In this document: positions 36,430 through 46,619 of the stretch, piece after piece | How positions within the stretch are numbered: position 1 is the first letter of the stretch | Layout: every line of letters starts with the position of its first letter | Virus record (IMG/VR): IMGVR_UViG_3300032249_000542 | Location: 32,001-96,000 of that record | Source of the DNA: a virus | Length of the DNA: 64,000 bases | Reading direction: 5' to 3' (one strand) | Position numbers and translations under genes: made by a program | The notes under the pieces: model-generated | Databases searched by the model: none | What the model saw: the letters and a program-made list of their open reading frames with translations, nothing else | Told to the model about the DNA's origin: nothing

Positions 36430-39400
36430 ATGCCAATCAGCACTAATTTTAATGTAAATCCATACTACGATGACTATGATGAGGATAAGCAATTTCTCAG
36501 ATTACTATATAAACCCGGATATGCGGTTCAGGCTCGTGAATTAACCCAAGCACAAACACTACTTCAAAAACAAGTAGAAAGATTTGGTAACCACATATTC
36601 AAGAATGGTTCTATTGTAACTGGCGGTCAGGTATTCCTACAAAATGTATCTTATATGAATTTGGATAGCCAGTATGCAACTACCGATATTCTTGCTGCTG
36701 ATTTTGTTGATAAAATTATTCTAACAACAGATAATTCAAAACGTGGCCAAGTTATTAAAGTTTATGATGCAACAGCAAATACCCCACATACTTTATTAGT
36801 TAAACAAATATACGGTAACACATTTACTTCAGGCGATTCTATTAAGACACTTGAAACTGGTGGCGATGCGTTTGCGAATCGTGCAAACATTTCTACATTA
36901 GGTACTGGTACAGGACAAGTATTTTCAGTAAATGATGGTGTTTTCTACTACGAAGGTTTTTTTGTTAAGGTAGATCCACAAGCAATCGGAACATCAATAT
37001 ACAATAATAATACTGCAAACGTAAGAATAGGTTTTGAAGTTACCGAATCAATAGTCGAATCTGTTAATGATACGTCACTACTTGATCCAGCACAAGGTGC
37101 ATCTAATTTCCAAGCACCAGGTTCTGATCGTTTTAAAATTGAATTAAATCTAACAACAAGATCATTGGATAGTGTTGACTTAACAAAGTTTATTGAACTT
37201 GCACAAGTTAAAGAAGGTATATTACAAAAAGTAATTAGAAATGCTCTTTATGCTAATTTAGAAGATACTCTAGCAAGACGTACATATGATGAATCAGGTG
37301 ATTATGTTGTAAATCCGTTTTTATTGAGTATAGAAACAAATGCATCAAATACTGCTAACATGGATCTTGTTTTATCTGCTGGTAAAGCTTATGTTAAAGG
37401 TTATGAATATCAAACAATTTCGCCAATAACAATTACTGTTCCAAAACCAAGAGATACAATTAACGTAGATACAAAATTTATTTCTGCTGACTTTGGTTCA
37501 TATGTTTATACGTTTAATCATTTTGCATTATTGCCTTCTGATACTTTAGGCACAATTGATATTCATTGCGTACAAAACAATAGTATCTGGACTGCAAATA
37601 CAGCTGTATACTCAAATACCAAGATTGGTACAGCAAGAGTTAAATCTGTAGTTTTTGACACTACTGCTGGAAGTCAATCAGATGCAAGTACCTATGTTTA
37701 TAAAACATATTTGACAGATATTAATGTTGGTTCTATCGTTGCTTCCGTTGCAACCGGAGTTAATACATCTTGTTTTGCTTTAGGAAGCGCAACAGTAGGG
37801 TCAATGTCAAATATAGATAATGCATATGCTGGTGCAAAGATTCGTATTGTTTCTGGTCCAGGTGCTGGAGAAACACCAAAAACAATTACAACATATTCAG
37901 GTTCAACTAAAAATATAACAACCAATATTCCGTTTGCAGTTGCTCCTACTACTTCTAGTATATACTCTATTGATTTTGAAATTAAAGATGCGGAATCTTT
38001 TGTTGAGATTGGTGCAGACTCTACTAAATTCACATCAGCTGCAAATATTTACGGATTTTCTAAAGATCAAGCGTCAACGTATGAAAACGTGTTTGTTTCT
38101 GAAAAATCACAAGAACCGTTGTTGTTCAAGTTGGGTGAAGATTATGTAGTTGCTAATTCTATTGCAAATTTCTCTTATGAATATCAAAAGTTTTTATCTG
38201 GCGTAACAATAAGTGCAAGTACAGTTGACTTATCATCTTATTTGTCTGCGGGTGAAACATTAACCACAACATCTACTTCATCAATTTCATCCAAACAAAA
38301 AGATTTAATAGTTCAAGCAAAAACTACAAGTGGAATTTATGTTCCTAATCAAATTATTGCTGCAGCTAACTTATCTGTTTCTGGAACAACACTAACAATC
38401 AGTTCAGCGTATACTGGTACTGCTGACATGTTCGTTACTGTACGTTCAGATGCTACATCTAAAAATAAGAATTACGTTCGTGCTAATGTAGTTGTTCAAA
38501 ATTATGGTGCCGCAAATAATATTTTTGGTAACAGTTCAGTTTTCGTAATAAATGACCAAGGTCAAACTCAAATTCACAATACATCGCATATAAACAAACT
38601 CCCTGGTTTATCTCAGTCACTATATGTTTCTGATGTTGTGTCAATTAATGCAATCTTCGATTTCCAAGGTACAACTATTAGTCAAGCGAACATGGGTTCT
38701 GCTGCTAACGTCACAAGTCGTTATTTACTAGATACGGGTCAAAGAGATAGTTATTATGACCATGCATCTATTATACTAAAAGCAGGAGTAACTCCTCCTA
38801 CTGGCCCATTATTAATTAGATATAATCGTTATACCACATCTAATACTCCGGGTTACTATACAGTAGACTCATATCTACGTGGACACAATAGTGGTTATTC
38901 TGAAGTTGCATATGAAAATGTTCCAAGGTTCACTTCAATATCTTCTGAAAAAGAGAATTATTTACTAAGAGATCATTTGGATTTTCGTCCATGGAGACAG
39001 GATGCATCCGCAAATGATTTAACTTTAGCTAACACAAAAACATTTGGTACAACCACAAATGGATTAAAAATTCCATTAAATGGTTCCGATATTGTTACAT
39101 CGTTTAAAAACTATTTACCAAGAATTGATAAAGTTGTTTTAAATGTTGCTAGAGAATTCAGTATCATTAAAGGAGAATCTTCGGTTACTCCTTCGAGACC
39201 ACAAGACAAAGAAGATTCAATGACTCTGTATATTTTGAGTTATCCTCCTTTTGTTGATGATACAAAATTTATTTCTGTTAGACCAATTAAAAATCAAAGA
39301 TACACAATGAAAGATATTGGTAACTTTGAAAAAAGAATTGAGAATCTTGAATATTATACTTCATTATCGTTACTAGAATTCGACACAGCAACAAAACAAG

Positions 39401-42400
39401 ACTTTAGTATTCTTGATTCTGCAAACTTACCAAGATTTAAAAACGGATTCATCGTTGATGCTTTTAACGGAACTTCCGTATCGAATGTTTTAGATTTTGA
39501 TTTTAAAGCATCTATTGATAGACAACAAAAATTACTTCGTCCTACGTTTAATGTTACTTCAACACTATTGAACTATGCTCCATCTGATGGAGATAATACA
39601 AACATTAATCGTAACGGACCTATCTTTACAGTTGATTCTAATGAGATAACATACTTAGATCAACCACTTGCTTCAAGGTCAGTTAATATTAATCCGTTTA
39701 ATGTTATCAATTATCTTGGTAAAGTGCAACTTGATCCATCTTCAGATGTTTGGTATGATGAAACTCGTCTAGCAGATTTGGCTGTTGATATTTCAGGTGA
39801 CCGTGCTGCATGGCAACAATTAGTTGAGGGTGCTGCTCAAACTGAATGGGATTCTTGGAAAGATATCTGGACTTCAACTCAAACAAGAGATATTGAAAGA
39901 AGTGGTTGGCAGGTAACTGGTACATCTCAAAGTGGACGTGCTGTAACAGTTTCAGAACAACAAAGAGTTGATACATTAAGTGTATCAACAACACAACAAG
40001 GAAGAACTGGTGTAAAATCAACTGTCACACTTGATACACTTACGAAATCATTAGGTGATCGTGTCGTAGATGTTTCGATTATTCCTTACATGAGAGATGT
40101 AAATATTCTTATTGTTGGTGATGATTTCTATCCATCAACACAGTTATTTTCTTTCTTTGATGCACAAGATGTTAGTGGATATGTTGCTCGTGCGAACAAA
40201 ATTGTATTCAGAAATAACAATTTAAAATATCAAACACAAATAGGTAATCCAGAAGTTATAACATTTAAGAATAATGTTACAGGAACAACTAATGCTCAAG
40301 GTATTATTGTTAAAACTTCAAACAATGTTGGATTCTTTGTAAGTGCAGAAGCAACTTCTTCTTTAAATGTAACACCAACATCAGCAACATTAAGTGTCAT
40401 TGGACAATCAAGTACACAAAATAATGTTATTGAATATTTTGAACATTATACTGGTAATGCAGCTGCTGGAGGAGCTTCAACAATTACGTTGAATCTACTC
40501 GCTTCTGGTGCTTTAAATGCTACCAATGCAAACTTTACTGGTGAACCAATTAAGATTATATCAGGTAAGGGTGTTGGACAATCTGCAACAATTAGCGCAT
40601 ATGATCCTGCGACTAGAATTGCAACTATTACTCCTGCATGGACTACTGTTCCAGATGTGACTTCACGTTATACGGTCGGCCGTTTAACAACAACTGATAC
40701 TGGTTCTGTTGCAGGTATTTTCTTCTTACCAACTGGAACATTTAGAGTTGGTGAAAAATTATTCAGATTGATCGATGATAGTGCAGGTAACTTAGAGGCA
40801 TCTAAAACAAATGGGGATGCACGATTCTTTGCAGCAGGATTATTACAGACAAAACAAGAATCATCAATTACTGCAACTGTTCCTGCAGGTATTCAGCGTT
40901 CAGATGTGTCTGATACTCGAACTGTTCAGTCTACATCGTTTGGACAGAGGACAGAAAAAAGATCGTATGTGTATTATGTCGATCCTCTTGCACAAACATT
41001 CTTTGTTAATGGTGCATTATTTCCGAATGGATTATATATCAGTAAGATTCGTGTTTGCTTTAGAACAAAGGATCCTACTGTTCCAGTAACACTACAAATT
41101 AGACCTACCGTAAATGGATTCCCTCATAGTTCAGTTGTTTATCCGTTTGGTACTGTTACATTGACTCCAGATAAAGTTACTGTATCTGAAAAACCAAGTC
41201 TTGATGATGCAGCAAAATTTACTGACTTTGTGTTTGATGCTCCAATCTATTTGCTCCCAGGTGAACATTCATTTGTTCTACTTGCAAACTCAAATCAATA
41301 TGAAGTGTATTGTGCAGAAAAAGGTAAGACGAATCTTTTGGATAATAAACAAATTTCAGACCAACCATATGGTGGTTCATTATTCTTATCACAGAATGGA
41401 TCGACTTGGACACCAGAACAAAATCTTGACATGATGTTTAGGGTTAGTAGAAATGAATATTCTCAAACTCCATCGCAAGTTGTGTTTCATGCGAACATGT
41501 CGAACACCACATCAAATGTTGTGTATGATCTAATTCATTTGATGACTGGAGAAATGATTCTTCCAGGAACATCTGTAACATATAAATTTGCATCGGAAAG
41601 AGCTGCACCATATGGTGGAGCTGTTGGATACAAACCAATTATTCCTTTAGAAAATTATATTGTAAATGATGGTGAACGCCGTCGTGTATTGAATCCAACA
41701 ACTGGTAACACTACATTCAAAGTTATTGCTACACTCGCAACAAGTGATTCTGCAATATCACCATATGTTGATACAAATAGATTTAATTTATTAACAGTTG
41801 AAAATAGAATGAACAATCTACCATTGTCTAACGACCAAATCGTTATTGCAAATACTGGTAGTGGGATGACTAGTGGAATATACAGTATTGCATTATCAAA
41901 TACTGCCGGTGGTGGTGCAATCCTTCTTGCAAATGTTGTTGGAGGTTCTATTTCTAGAGCTTGGGTACAAGATGGTGGAAGTGCATATGTAGATTCCCCA
42001 TCAATTAACTTATTTGCTTCGTTAGCAACATCTGCTGGTGGATATACTGGTGGAATGTGTGTTGGATCAGGTGCAAATGGTGCTTCTATTATAATCAACG
42101 GAGAAACCTCTAAATCAGGTGGTCCTGCAACAGCACGATACATTATGCGTACCGTAACACTTGAAGATGGATTTGATTCCGGAGATATTCGTGTTTATCT
42201 AACTGCATATAAACCAGCAGGTAGTGACATTTACGTTTACTTCAAACCACAGTCTGTATCAGATATTGAAAAATTCTCTGATTTAAATTGGCAATTATTG
42301 ACACAGATTAATAATGGTAACTTTGTATCAACACAAGCAAATGACTTTAGAGAATTGGTATTTGCTCCTGGAATAAACGGTGTTGCAAACAACTCTATTC

Positions 42401-42537
42401 TGTATTCGTCTGGTACAACATCATTTACTAACTATAAATCTTTTGCAATTAAAATTGTCATGTCTGGTTCTGATACAGTAGACGTTCCATTAATAAGAGA
42501 CTTACGTGTTATTGCTTTACCGGAGGGTAACGTATAA
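36430..42537 (+). CDS. Large virion structural protein (VrlC/DUF4815-like)
   Basis: NVNPYYDDY, PGYAVQARELT, RRTYDESG, YTMKDIG...RIENLEYYTSLSLLE, DPLAQTF, DLRVIAL. Confidence 0.85.
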   Translation: MPISTNFNVNPYYDDYDEDKQFLRLLYKPGYAVQARELTQAQTLLQKQVERFGNHIFKNGSIVTGGQVFLQNVSYMNLDSQYATTDILAADFVDKIILTTDNSKRGQVIKVYDATANTPHTLLVKQIYGNTFTSGDSIKTLETGGDAFANRANISTLGTGTGQVFSVNDGVFYYEGFFVKVDPQAIGTSIYNNNTANVRIGFEVTESIVESVNDTSLLDPAQGASNFQAPGSDRFKIELNLTTRSLDSVDLTKFIELAQVKEGILQKVIRNALYANLEDTLARRTYDESGDYVVNPFLLSIETNASNTANMDLVLSAGKAYVKGYEYQTISPITITVPKPRDTINVDTKFISADFGSYVYTFNHFALLPSDTLGTIDIHCVQNNSIWTANTAVYSNTKIGTARVKSVVFDTTAGSQSDASTYVYKTYLTDINVGSIVASVATGVNTSCFALGSATVGSMSNIDNAYAGAKIRIVSGPGAGETPKTITTYSGSTKNITTNIPFAVAPTTSSIYSIDFEIKDAESFVEIGADSTKFTSAANIYGFSKDQASTYENVFVSEKSQEPLLFKLGEDYVVANSIANFSYEYQKFLSGVTISASTVDLSSYLSAGETLTTTSTSSISSKQKDLIVQAKTTSGIYVPNQIIAAANLSVSGTTLTISSAYTGTADMFVTVRSDATSKNKNYVRANVVVQNYGAANNIFGNSSVFVINDQGQTQIHNTSHINKLPGLSQSLYVSDVVSINAIFDFQGTTISQANMGSAANVTSRYLLDTGQRDSYYDHASIILKAGVTPPTGPLLIRYNRYTTSNTPGYYTVDSYLRGHNSGYSEVAYENVPRFTSISSEKENYLLRDHLDFRPWRQDASANDLTLANTKTFGTTTNGLKIPLNGSDIVTSFKNYLPRIDKVVLNVAREFSIIKGESSVTPSRPQDKEDSMTLYILSYPPFVDDTKFISVRPIKNQRYTMKDIGNFEKRIENLEYYTSLSLLEFDTATKQDFSILDSANLPRFKNGFIVDAFNGTSVSNVLDFDFKASIDRQQKLLRPTFNVTSTLLNYAPSDGDNTNINRNGPIFTVDSNEITYLDQPLASRSVNINPFNVINYLGKVQLDPSSDVWYDETRLADLAVDISGDRAAWQQLVEGAAQTEWDSWKDIWTSTQTRDIERSGWQVTGTSQSGRAVTVSEQQRVDTLSVSTTQQGRTGVKSTVTLDTLTKSLGDRVVDVSIIPYMRDVNILIVGDDFYPSTQLFSFFDAQDVSGYVARANKIVFRNNNLKYQTQIGNPEVITFKNNVTGTTNAQGIIVKTSNNVGFFVSAEATSSLNVTPTSATLSVIGQSSTQNNVIEYFEHYTGNAAAGGASTITLNLLASGALNATNANFTGEPIKIISGKGVGQSATISAYDPATRIATITPAWTTVPDVTSRYTVGRLTTTDTGSVAGIFFLPTGTFRVGEKLFRLIDDSAGNLEASKTNGDARFFAAGLLQTKQESSITATVPAGIQRSDVSDTRTVQSTSFGQRTEKRSYVYYVDPLAQTFFVNGALFPNGLYISKIRVCFRTKDPTVPVTLQIRPTVNGFPHSSVVYPFGTVTLTPDKVTVSEKPSLDDAAKFTDFVFDAPIYLLPGEHSFVLLANSNQYEVYCAEKGKTNLLDNKQISDQPYGGSLFLSQNGSTWTPEQNLDMMFRVSRNEYSQTPSQVVFHANMSNTTSNVVYDLIHLMTGEMILPGTSVTYKFASERAAPYGGAVGYKPIIPLENYIVNDGERRRVLNPTTGNTTFKVIATLATSDSAISPYVDTNRFNLLTVENRMNNLPLSNDQIVIANTGSGMTSGIYSIALSNTAGGGAILLANVVGGSISRAWVQDGGSAYVDSPSINLFASLATSAGGYTGGMCVGSGANGASIIINGETSKSGGPATARYIMRTVTLEDGFDSGDIRVYLTAYKPAGSDIYVYFKPQSVSDIEKFSDLNWQLLTQINNGNFVSTQANDFRELVFAPGINGVANNSILYSSGTTSFTNYKSFAIKIVMSGSDTVDVPLIRDLRVIALPEGNV

Positions 42538-42767
42538 TGGCACTAGTTAAAGTAGAAAATCATAATAACTTAGTCCGTGATACTTCTTCTGGTGCTGTTC
42601 TAAATACAGATAGAACCGGATTGCAAGAGTATTATCGTAGGCGTGAGATTGCAAAGAAAGAACTTCTGGAAAGAGAAGAAAATAAAATGCGTTTGCAAAA
42701 AATGGAACAAGAGATGCAAGAGATAAAAGAATTGTTAAAAGAAATTGCAATAATTAGGAAACAATAA
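42537..42767 (+). CDS. Small conserved coiled-coil protein
   Basis: KVE.H.NLVRD.SSGAVLN; typical of the gene following VrlC-like genes. Confidence 0.7.
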   Translation: MALVKVENHNNLVRDTSSGAVLNTDRTGLQEYYRRREIAKKELLEREENKMRLQKMEQEMQEIKELLKEIAIIRKQ

Positions 42768-43381
42768 TGGCATTAATAAACAATATTAATACGCAGAATA
42801 CCTTTGACCAATGGGTTACCACAACTCAGCAATTAGTTTCTACTGTAAATAATTTTACAGATGGTCCTGCGATTATTGCAAATACCAGTCTTGATATTTC
42901 AGGAACAGGTAGTAAATTAAATGTTCGTAATAGTGGTGCAATCAACACATTCTATGCGAATACTGCAAACATAGCAAACATTTCATTTTCTCAAAATGGA
43001 ATGACTATTCCCGGTAATGTTGCAACTTTAAATGTGACATCAAACATTGCAATTGGTGCTAATGCATCAATTTCAAACAATGTAAATATTGGTGGATCCG
43101 TTATCGTTTCTCAAAGCATGAATGTTGCAAGTAACATTACCGTAAATAACATTACTGTTTTTGGTAGAGTAAACGCAACTTTAGGAATAACTACATCAGG
43201 TAACACTACATTTGGTAATGTAATTGTTACTGGAACAAGTAATACAAAACATTTTGAGTATACTACTGCAAATGGACAGACTCTTGCAGTCACAGGAATT
43301 GCCACGATGAATCGTGCAGCAGGAAATGTGTTAAGTCAAATAGAAGAAATTTCAATAGCACTATCACTCGTTTTAGGATAA
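42767..43381 (+). CDS. Fibre / baseplate attachment protein
   Basis: NTFDQW N-terminus, beta-repeat body, C-terminal IALSLVLG. Confidence 0.6.
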   Translation: MALINNINTQNTFDQWVTTTQQLVSTVNNFTDGPAIIANTSLDISGTGSKLNVRNSGAINTFYANTANIANISFSQNGMTIPGNVATLNVTSNIAIGANASISNNVNIGGSVIVSQSMNVASNITVNNITVFGRVNATLGITTSGNTTFGNVIVTGTSNTKHFEYTTANGQTLAVTGIATMNRAAGNVLSQIEEISIALSLVLG

Positions 43382-43384
43382 GAA

Positions 43385-43717
43385 ATGGCAAATACGTACA
43401 GAAAGAAAATTGCTGGTGGTGTTGGTGTAACACTAACTGATGTTTATGTTGCAAATAGTGGAATTCAAGGTATTGCAATTGGTATGACTGTTGCAAACAT
43501 ATCTACCGCTCCTGTATCTGCAAACGTCAAAGTGTTTAGCGCAGCAACATCAAATTCAGCATTCGTTGTTAGAGAATCAACGATTGCAATCGGTGGTACA
43601 TTAGTTCCACTTGGTGGCGACCAAAAACTTATTTTAGAAGCAGGAGATAAGGTACAAGTGCAAATGTCAGCTGCAGGTTCTGGCGATGTAGTTATATCGG
43701 TTCTGGAGATTAGTTAA
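43385..43717 (+). CDS. Small beta-sandwich virion adaptor protein
   Basis: KLILEAGD...SVLEI; paralogous to 53548..53886. Confidence 0.6.
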   Translation: MANTYRKKIAGGVGVTLTDVYVANSGIQGIAIGMTVANISTAPVSANVKVFSAATSNSAFVVRESTIAIGGTLVPLGGDQKLILEAGDKVQVQMSAAGSGDVVISVLEIS

Positions 43718-45045
43718 TGTCATACCTAGGAAATACGCCAGACAAGAATATAATTTTTTATGTTCTTGGTATTGACAAATTTAATGGTACAGGAGCCTGT
43801 ACTACGTTTACCATGTCAAGAACATTGGCTCAGGATATTGATGCACAAGTTCTTGTTAATAATGTTCAACAAGCACCTATTGACGCATATTCTGTTTCCG
43901 GAAGTTCATTAGTATTTACAGAAGCACCATCTGTTGGTACTGAAAATATTCAAGTCATTTATCGTACTCAGAATGTTGTATCGTATAGTCAGTTATCAAC
44001 TTCAGAAATTCAAGGTGAAGCTGTTACTGCCGCAAAACTTGCAACTGGTTCTGTAACTGAAACTAAAATTGGAACAGGTGCTGTAACAGTTACTAAAATT
44101 GGTACTGGTGCTGTAACAAGTGTTAAACTTGGAGCTGGTGCTGTAGAAACTAGTAATATATTGGATGGTGCAGTAAACGCAGACAAAATTGCAACAAATG
44201 CTGTTACCGCAGATAAAATTATTGCGGGTGCTGTAACAAGCACTAAGATCGGTACAGGTGCAGTTGGGACAACACAATTAGCTACAGGTATAAGTGTAAC
44301 AATTACAGGCGGAACTATTTCAGGTATCACAGACCTTGGAGTTGCAGACGGTGGTACAGGAGCATCTGACCAAGCAACAGCAAGAACTAATTTGGGGTTA
44401 GGTTCAATATCAACGCAAGCAGCAAGTGCTGTTGCAATTACAGGTGGAACAGTTCAGGGAGTTTCAAGTTTAACTGGATTTACATCCAATCCAACTGGAA
44501 CAACTGGTCTTTTCTCATTAGGTACTACAGGAATTCTAAACATAACATCTGGTGCATATGCAACAACTGACGGAATGACATTTGGTACAGATGGTGCAGG
44601 TGCTAAGAAATTATTTGTTTCTGCTAGTTCTGATTCTGCTGCAGCATTTAGACGTAGAACAACTGACGGACAAGTAGTTACATTTACCAAAGATGTTACA
44701 ACTGTCGGTAGTGTATCTGTTACTGATACCGCAACCGCATATAATACAAGTTCAGATCGTAGACTGAAAGATTATATTCAACCATTCACAAACGGACTTG
44801 AGTATGTAAATCAGATGCGTCCTGTTCATTTTAGATGGATATCTAACAACAAACAAGGAATTGGATTTATTGCAGATGAACTACAAGAGGTAGTTCCACA
44901 AGCAGTTACAGGTCATGCTAATGGAGAAACATATCAAGGTGTTGATGCATCTTTTGTAGTTCCTTATCTGGTAAGTGCTGTACAAGAATTGCATGACCAA
45001 ATCTTAGAATTAAAAGCAGAAATTAACACTTTAAAGAATAGTTAA
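43717..45045 (+). CDS. Tail fibre with C-terminal intramolecular chaperone (peptidase S74-like)
   Basis: YNTSSDRRLK cleavage motif, GFIADELQEVVP.AV, terminal coiled coil. Confidence 0.85.
   Translation: MSYLGNTPDKNIIFYVLGIDKFNGTGACTTFTMSRTLAQDIDAQVLVNNVQQAPIDAYSVSGSSLVFTEAPSVGTENIQVIYRTQNVVSYSQLSTSEIQGEAVTAAKLATGSVTETKIGTGAVTVTKIGTGAVTSVKLGAGAVETSNILDGAVNADKIATNAVTADKIIAGAVTSTKIGTGAVGTTQLATGISVTITGGTISGITDLGVADGGTGASDQATARTNLGLGSISTQAASAVAITGGTVQGVSSLTGFTSNPTGTTGLFSLGTTGILNITSGAYATTDGMTFGTDGAGAKKLFVSASSDSAAAFRRRTTDGQVVTFTKDVTTVGSVSVTDTATAYNTSSDRRLKDYIQPFTNGLEYVNQMRPVHFRWISNNKQGIGFIADELQEVVPQAVTGHANGETYQGVDASFVVPYLVSAVQELHDQILELKAEINTLKNS
44020..44289 (+). repeat. Nine degenerate 30-nt / 10-aa tandem repeats (AVTxxKIxxG)
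   Basis: AVTAAKLATG SVTETKIGTG AVTVTKIGTG AVTSVKLGAG ... AVGTTQLATG. Confidence 0.8.
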
Positions 45046-45047
45046 CC

Positions 45048-45524
45048 ATGGCATACATCGGAAATACTGTAAGGTCAGTACCTTTTATTGTTGACACTTT
45101 CTCTGGAAATGCATCAGCAACTAATTTTACGTTGACAAGAGCTCCTGCAAGTACAACATCAATTGCTGTATTTGTGAATGGTGCTTATCAACAACCAACT
45201 GCTAACTATTCGTTGGACGTAACGACTATTTCGTTTACTGTTGCACCTCCAACAGCTACAAATAATATTCAAGTATTACATATTGGTGAAGGACAGATTG
45301 CATCACAAGTTCCATCAGATGCAACGGTAACAACACCAAAGATGGCAGCGAATGTTGCGGTGACCGCATTTACTGCGAATACATCTTTAAGAGTTCCAGT
45401 TTACACAAGTAATACTACAAGAAATTCTACGATTACAACTCCTCAAATAGGTATGGTAATAATTTCTGGAACACAGTTTCAAGGTTACGATGGAAGCGGG
45501 TGGGTAGTTCTAAATAATAATTAA
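45048..45524 (+). CDS. Short fibre-like virion protein
   Basis: MAYIGN..DTFSGN docking-like N-terminus; FQGYDGSGW C-terminus. Confidence 0.65.
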   Translation: MAYIGNTVRSVPFIVDTFSGNASATNFTLTRAPASTTSIAVFVNGAYQQPTANYSLDVTTISFTVAPPTATNNIQVLHIGEGQIASQVPSDATVTTPKMAANVAVTAFTANTSLRVPVYTSNTTRNSTITTPQIGMVIISGTQFQGYDGSGWVVLNNN

Positions 45525-45527
45525 GGA

Positions 45528-45881
45528 GTGTACATGTTTTATCAATATGGTGTTGACGTAGCAGTTAAAAAATTAAGACCTGGAGCAAAATTCTCTTTGT
45601 ACAATTTGGACATTACTGGATGGGAAGATCCTGAAGGTAGAGAACCACCAACACAAGAAGAAATCTTAGATCAAATTGAAAAAGATAAAATACTACATGA
45701 TTACTACATGTATCAGCAATTAAGATTTAGAGAATTTCCAGAAGGTTGGCAACAATTAGAAATGCTTTGGGATGATATAGATCAAGGCAGAATTCCTGGA
45801 AAAGACAGTTCAATCTGGTATCAGAAAATAAAAGAAATAAAAGAAAAGTATCCTAAACCAACAGAACCCTTAGAGACATAA
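45528..45881 (+). CDS. Putative fibre assembly chaperone
   Basis: LRPGA, PT.EEI, R...FP...QLEMLWDD...IKEKYPKP; soluble composition among fibre genes. Confidence 0.55.
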   Translation: MYMFYQYGVDVAVKKLRPGAKFSLYNLDITGWEDPEGREPPTQEEILDQIEKDKILHDYYMYQQLRFREFPEGWQQLEMLWDDIDQGRIPGKDSSIWYQKIKEIKEKYPKPTEPLET

Positions 45882-46613
45882 ATGCCATTATCAAGAATTA
45901 CGTCACAGTCAATACAAGACGAAACGATTATCCCAGCTGACATTCTAGATTTCTCAATTACCAGTAGTCAGTTGTCAAATACGGGAGTAACCGCGACCAC
46001 ATTTGGTGGAGGTACCTCTGGGACGGTTGTTGTTCCTGTTATTGCTACGGATATCGCTGGAAGAATAACCTCTGCGGCAAATCAAACTTTATCACTAACA
46101 TCTTTTGGTGTTGTTGATGTTACTGCATTAGCAAGTTCAGGTAAAGTAAATGTAGCATCCTTACAAAGTAATGCATCAATTTTTACTAGCACTTTAAATG
46201 TTACTGGAACTACTTCAATAGCACAAGCGAAAGAAAAAGTTACTGTCACAGGAACTGGTGCAGGTGGTACTATTAATTTTGATGCATTAACACAAGCAGT
46301 TGCATATTACAATTCAACATCAACTTCAAATTTTACTGTTAATATTCGTGGCAATTCTGGAACATCATTAAATACTGTTATGAATACTGGTGAATCATTA
46401 ACGATAGTTGTTGTTTCAACTCAAGGTGGTTCTTCTTTCTATCTAACTGGAATTACCGTTGATGGTACTGCAACAGGTGTTACCACTCGTTATGCAACTC
46501 AGGCACCATCATCTGGTGGTACTTCGGGTATTGACGCATATACAATAACCATTATTAAAACCGCTTCTGCAACTTTTACAGTTCTTGCAGCGCAAACTAA
46601 ATTCGTAGCTTAA
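45882..46613 (+). CDS. Tail fibre protein
   Basis: Thr/Gly-rich; C-terminal DAYTITIIKTASATFTVLA. Confidence 0.65.
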   Translation: MPLSRITSQSIQDETIIPADILDFSITSSQLSNTGVTATTFGGGTSGTVVVPVIATDIAGRITSAANQTLSLTSFGVVDVTALASSGKVNVASLQSNASIFTSTLNVTGTTSIAQAKEKVTVTGTGAGGTINFDALTQAVAYYNSTSTSNFTVNIRGNSGTSLNTVMNTGESLTIVVVSTQGGSSFYLTGITVDGTATGVTTRYATQAPSSGGTSGIDAYTITIIKTASATFTVLAAQTKFVA

Positions 46614-46619
46614 AAATAC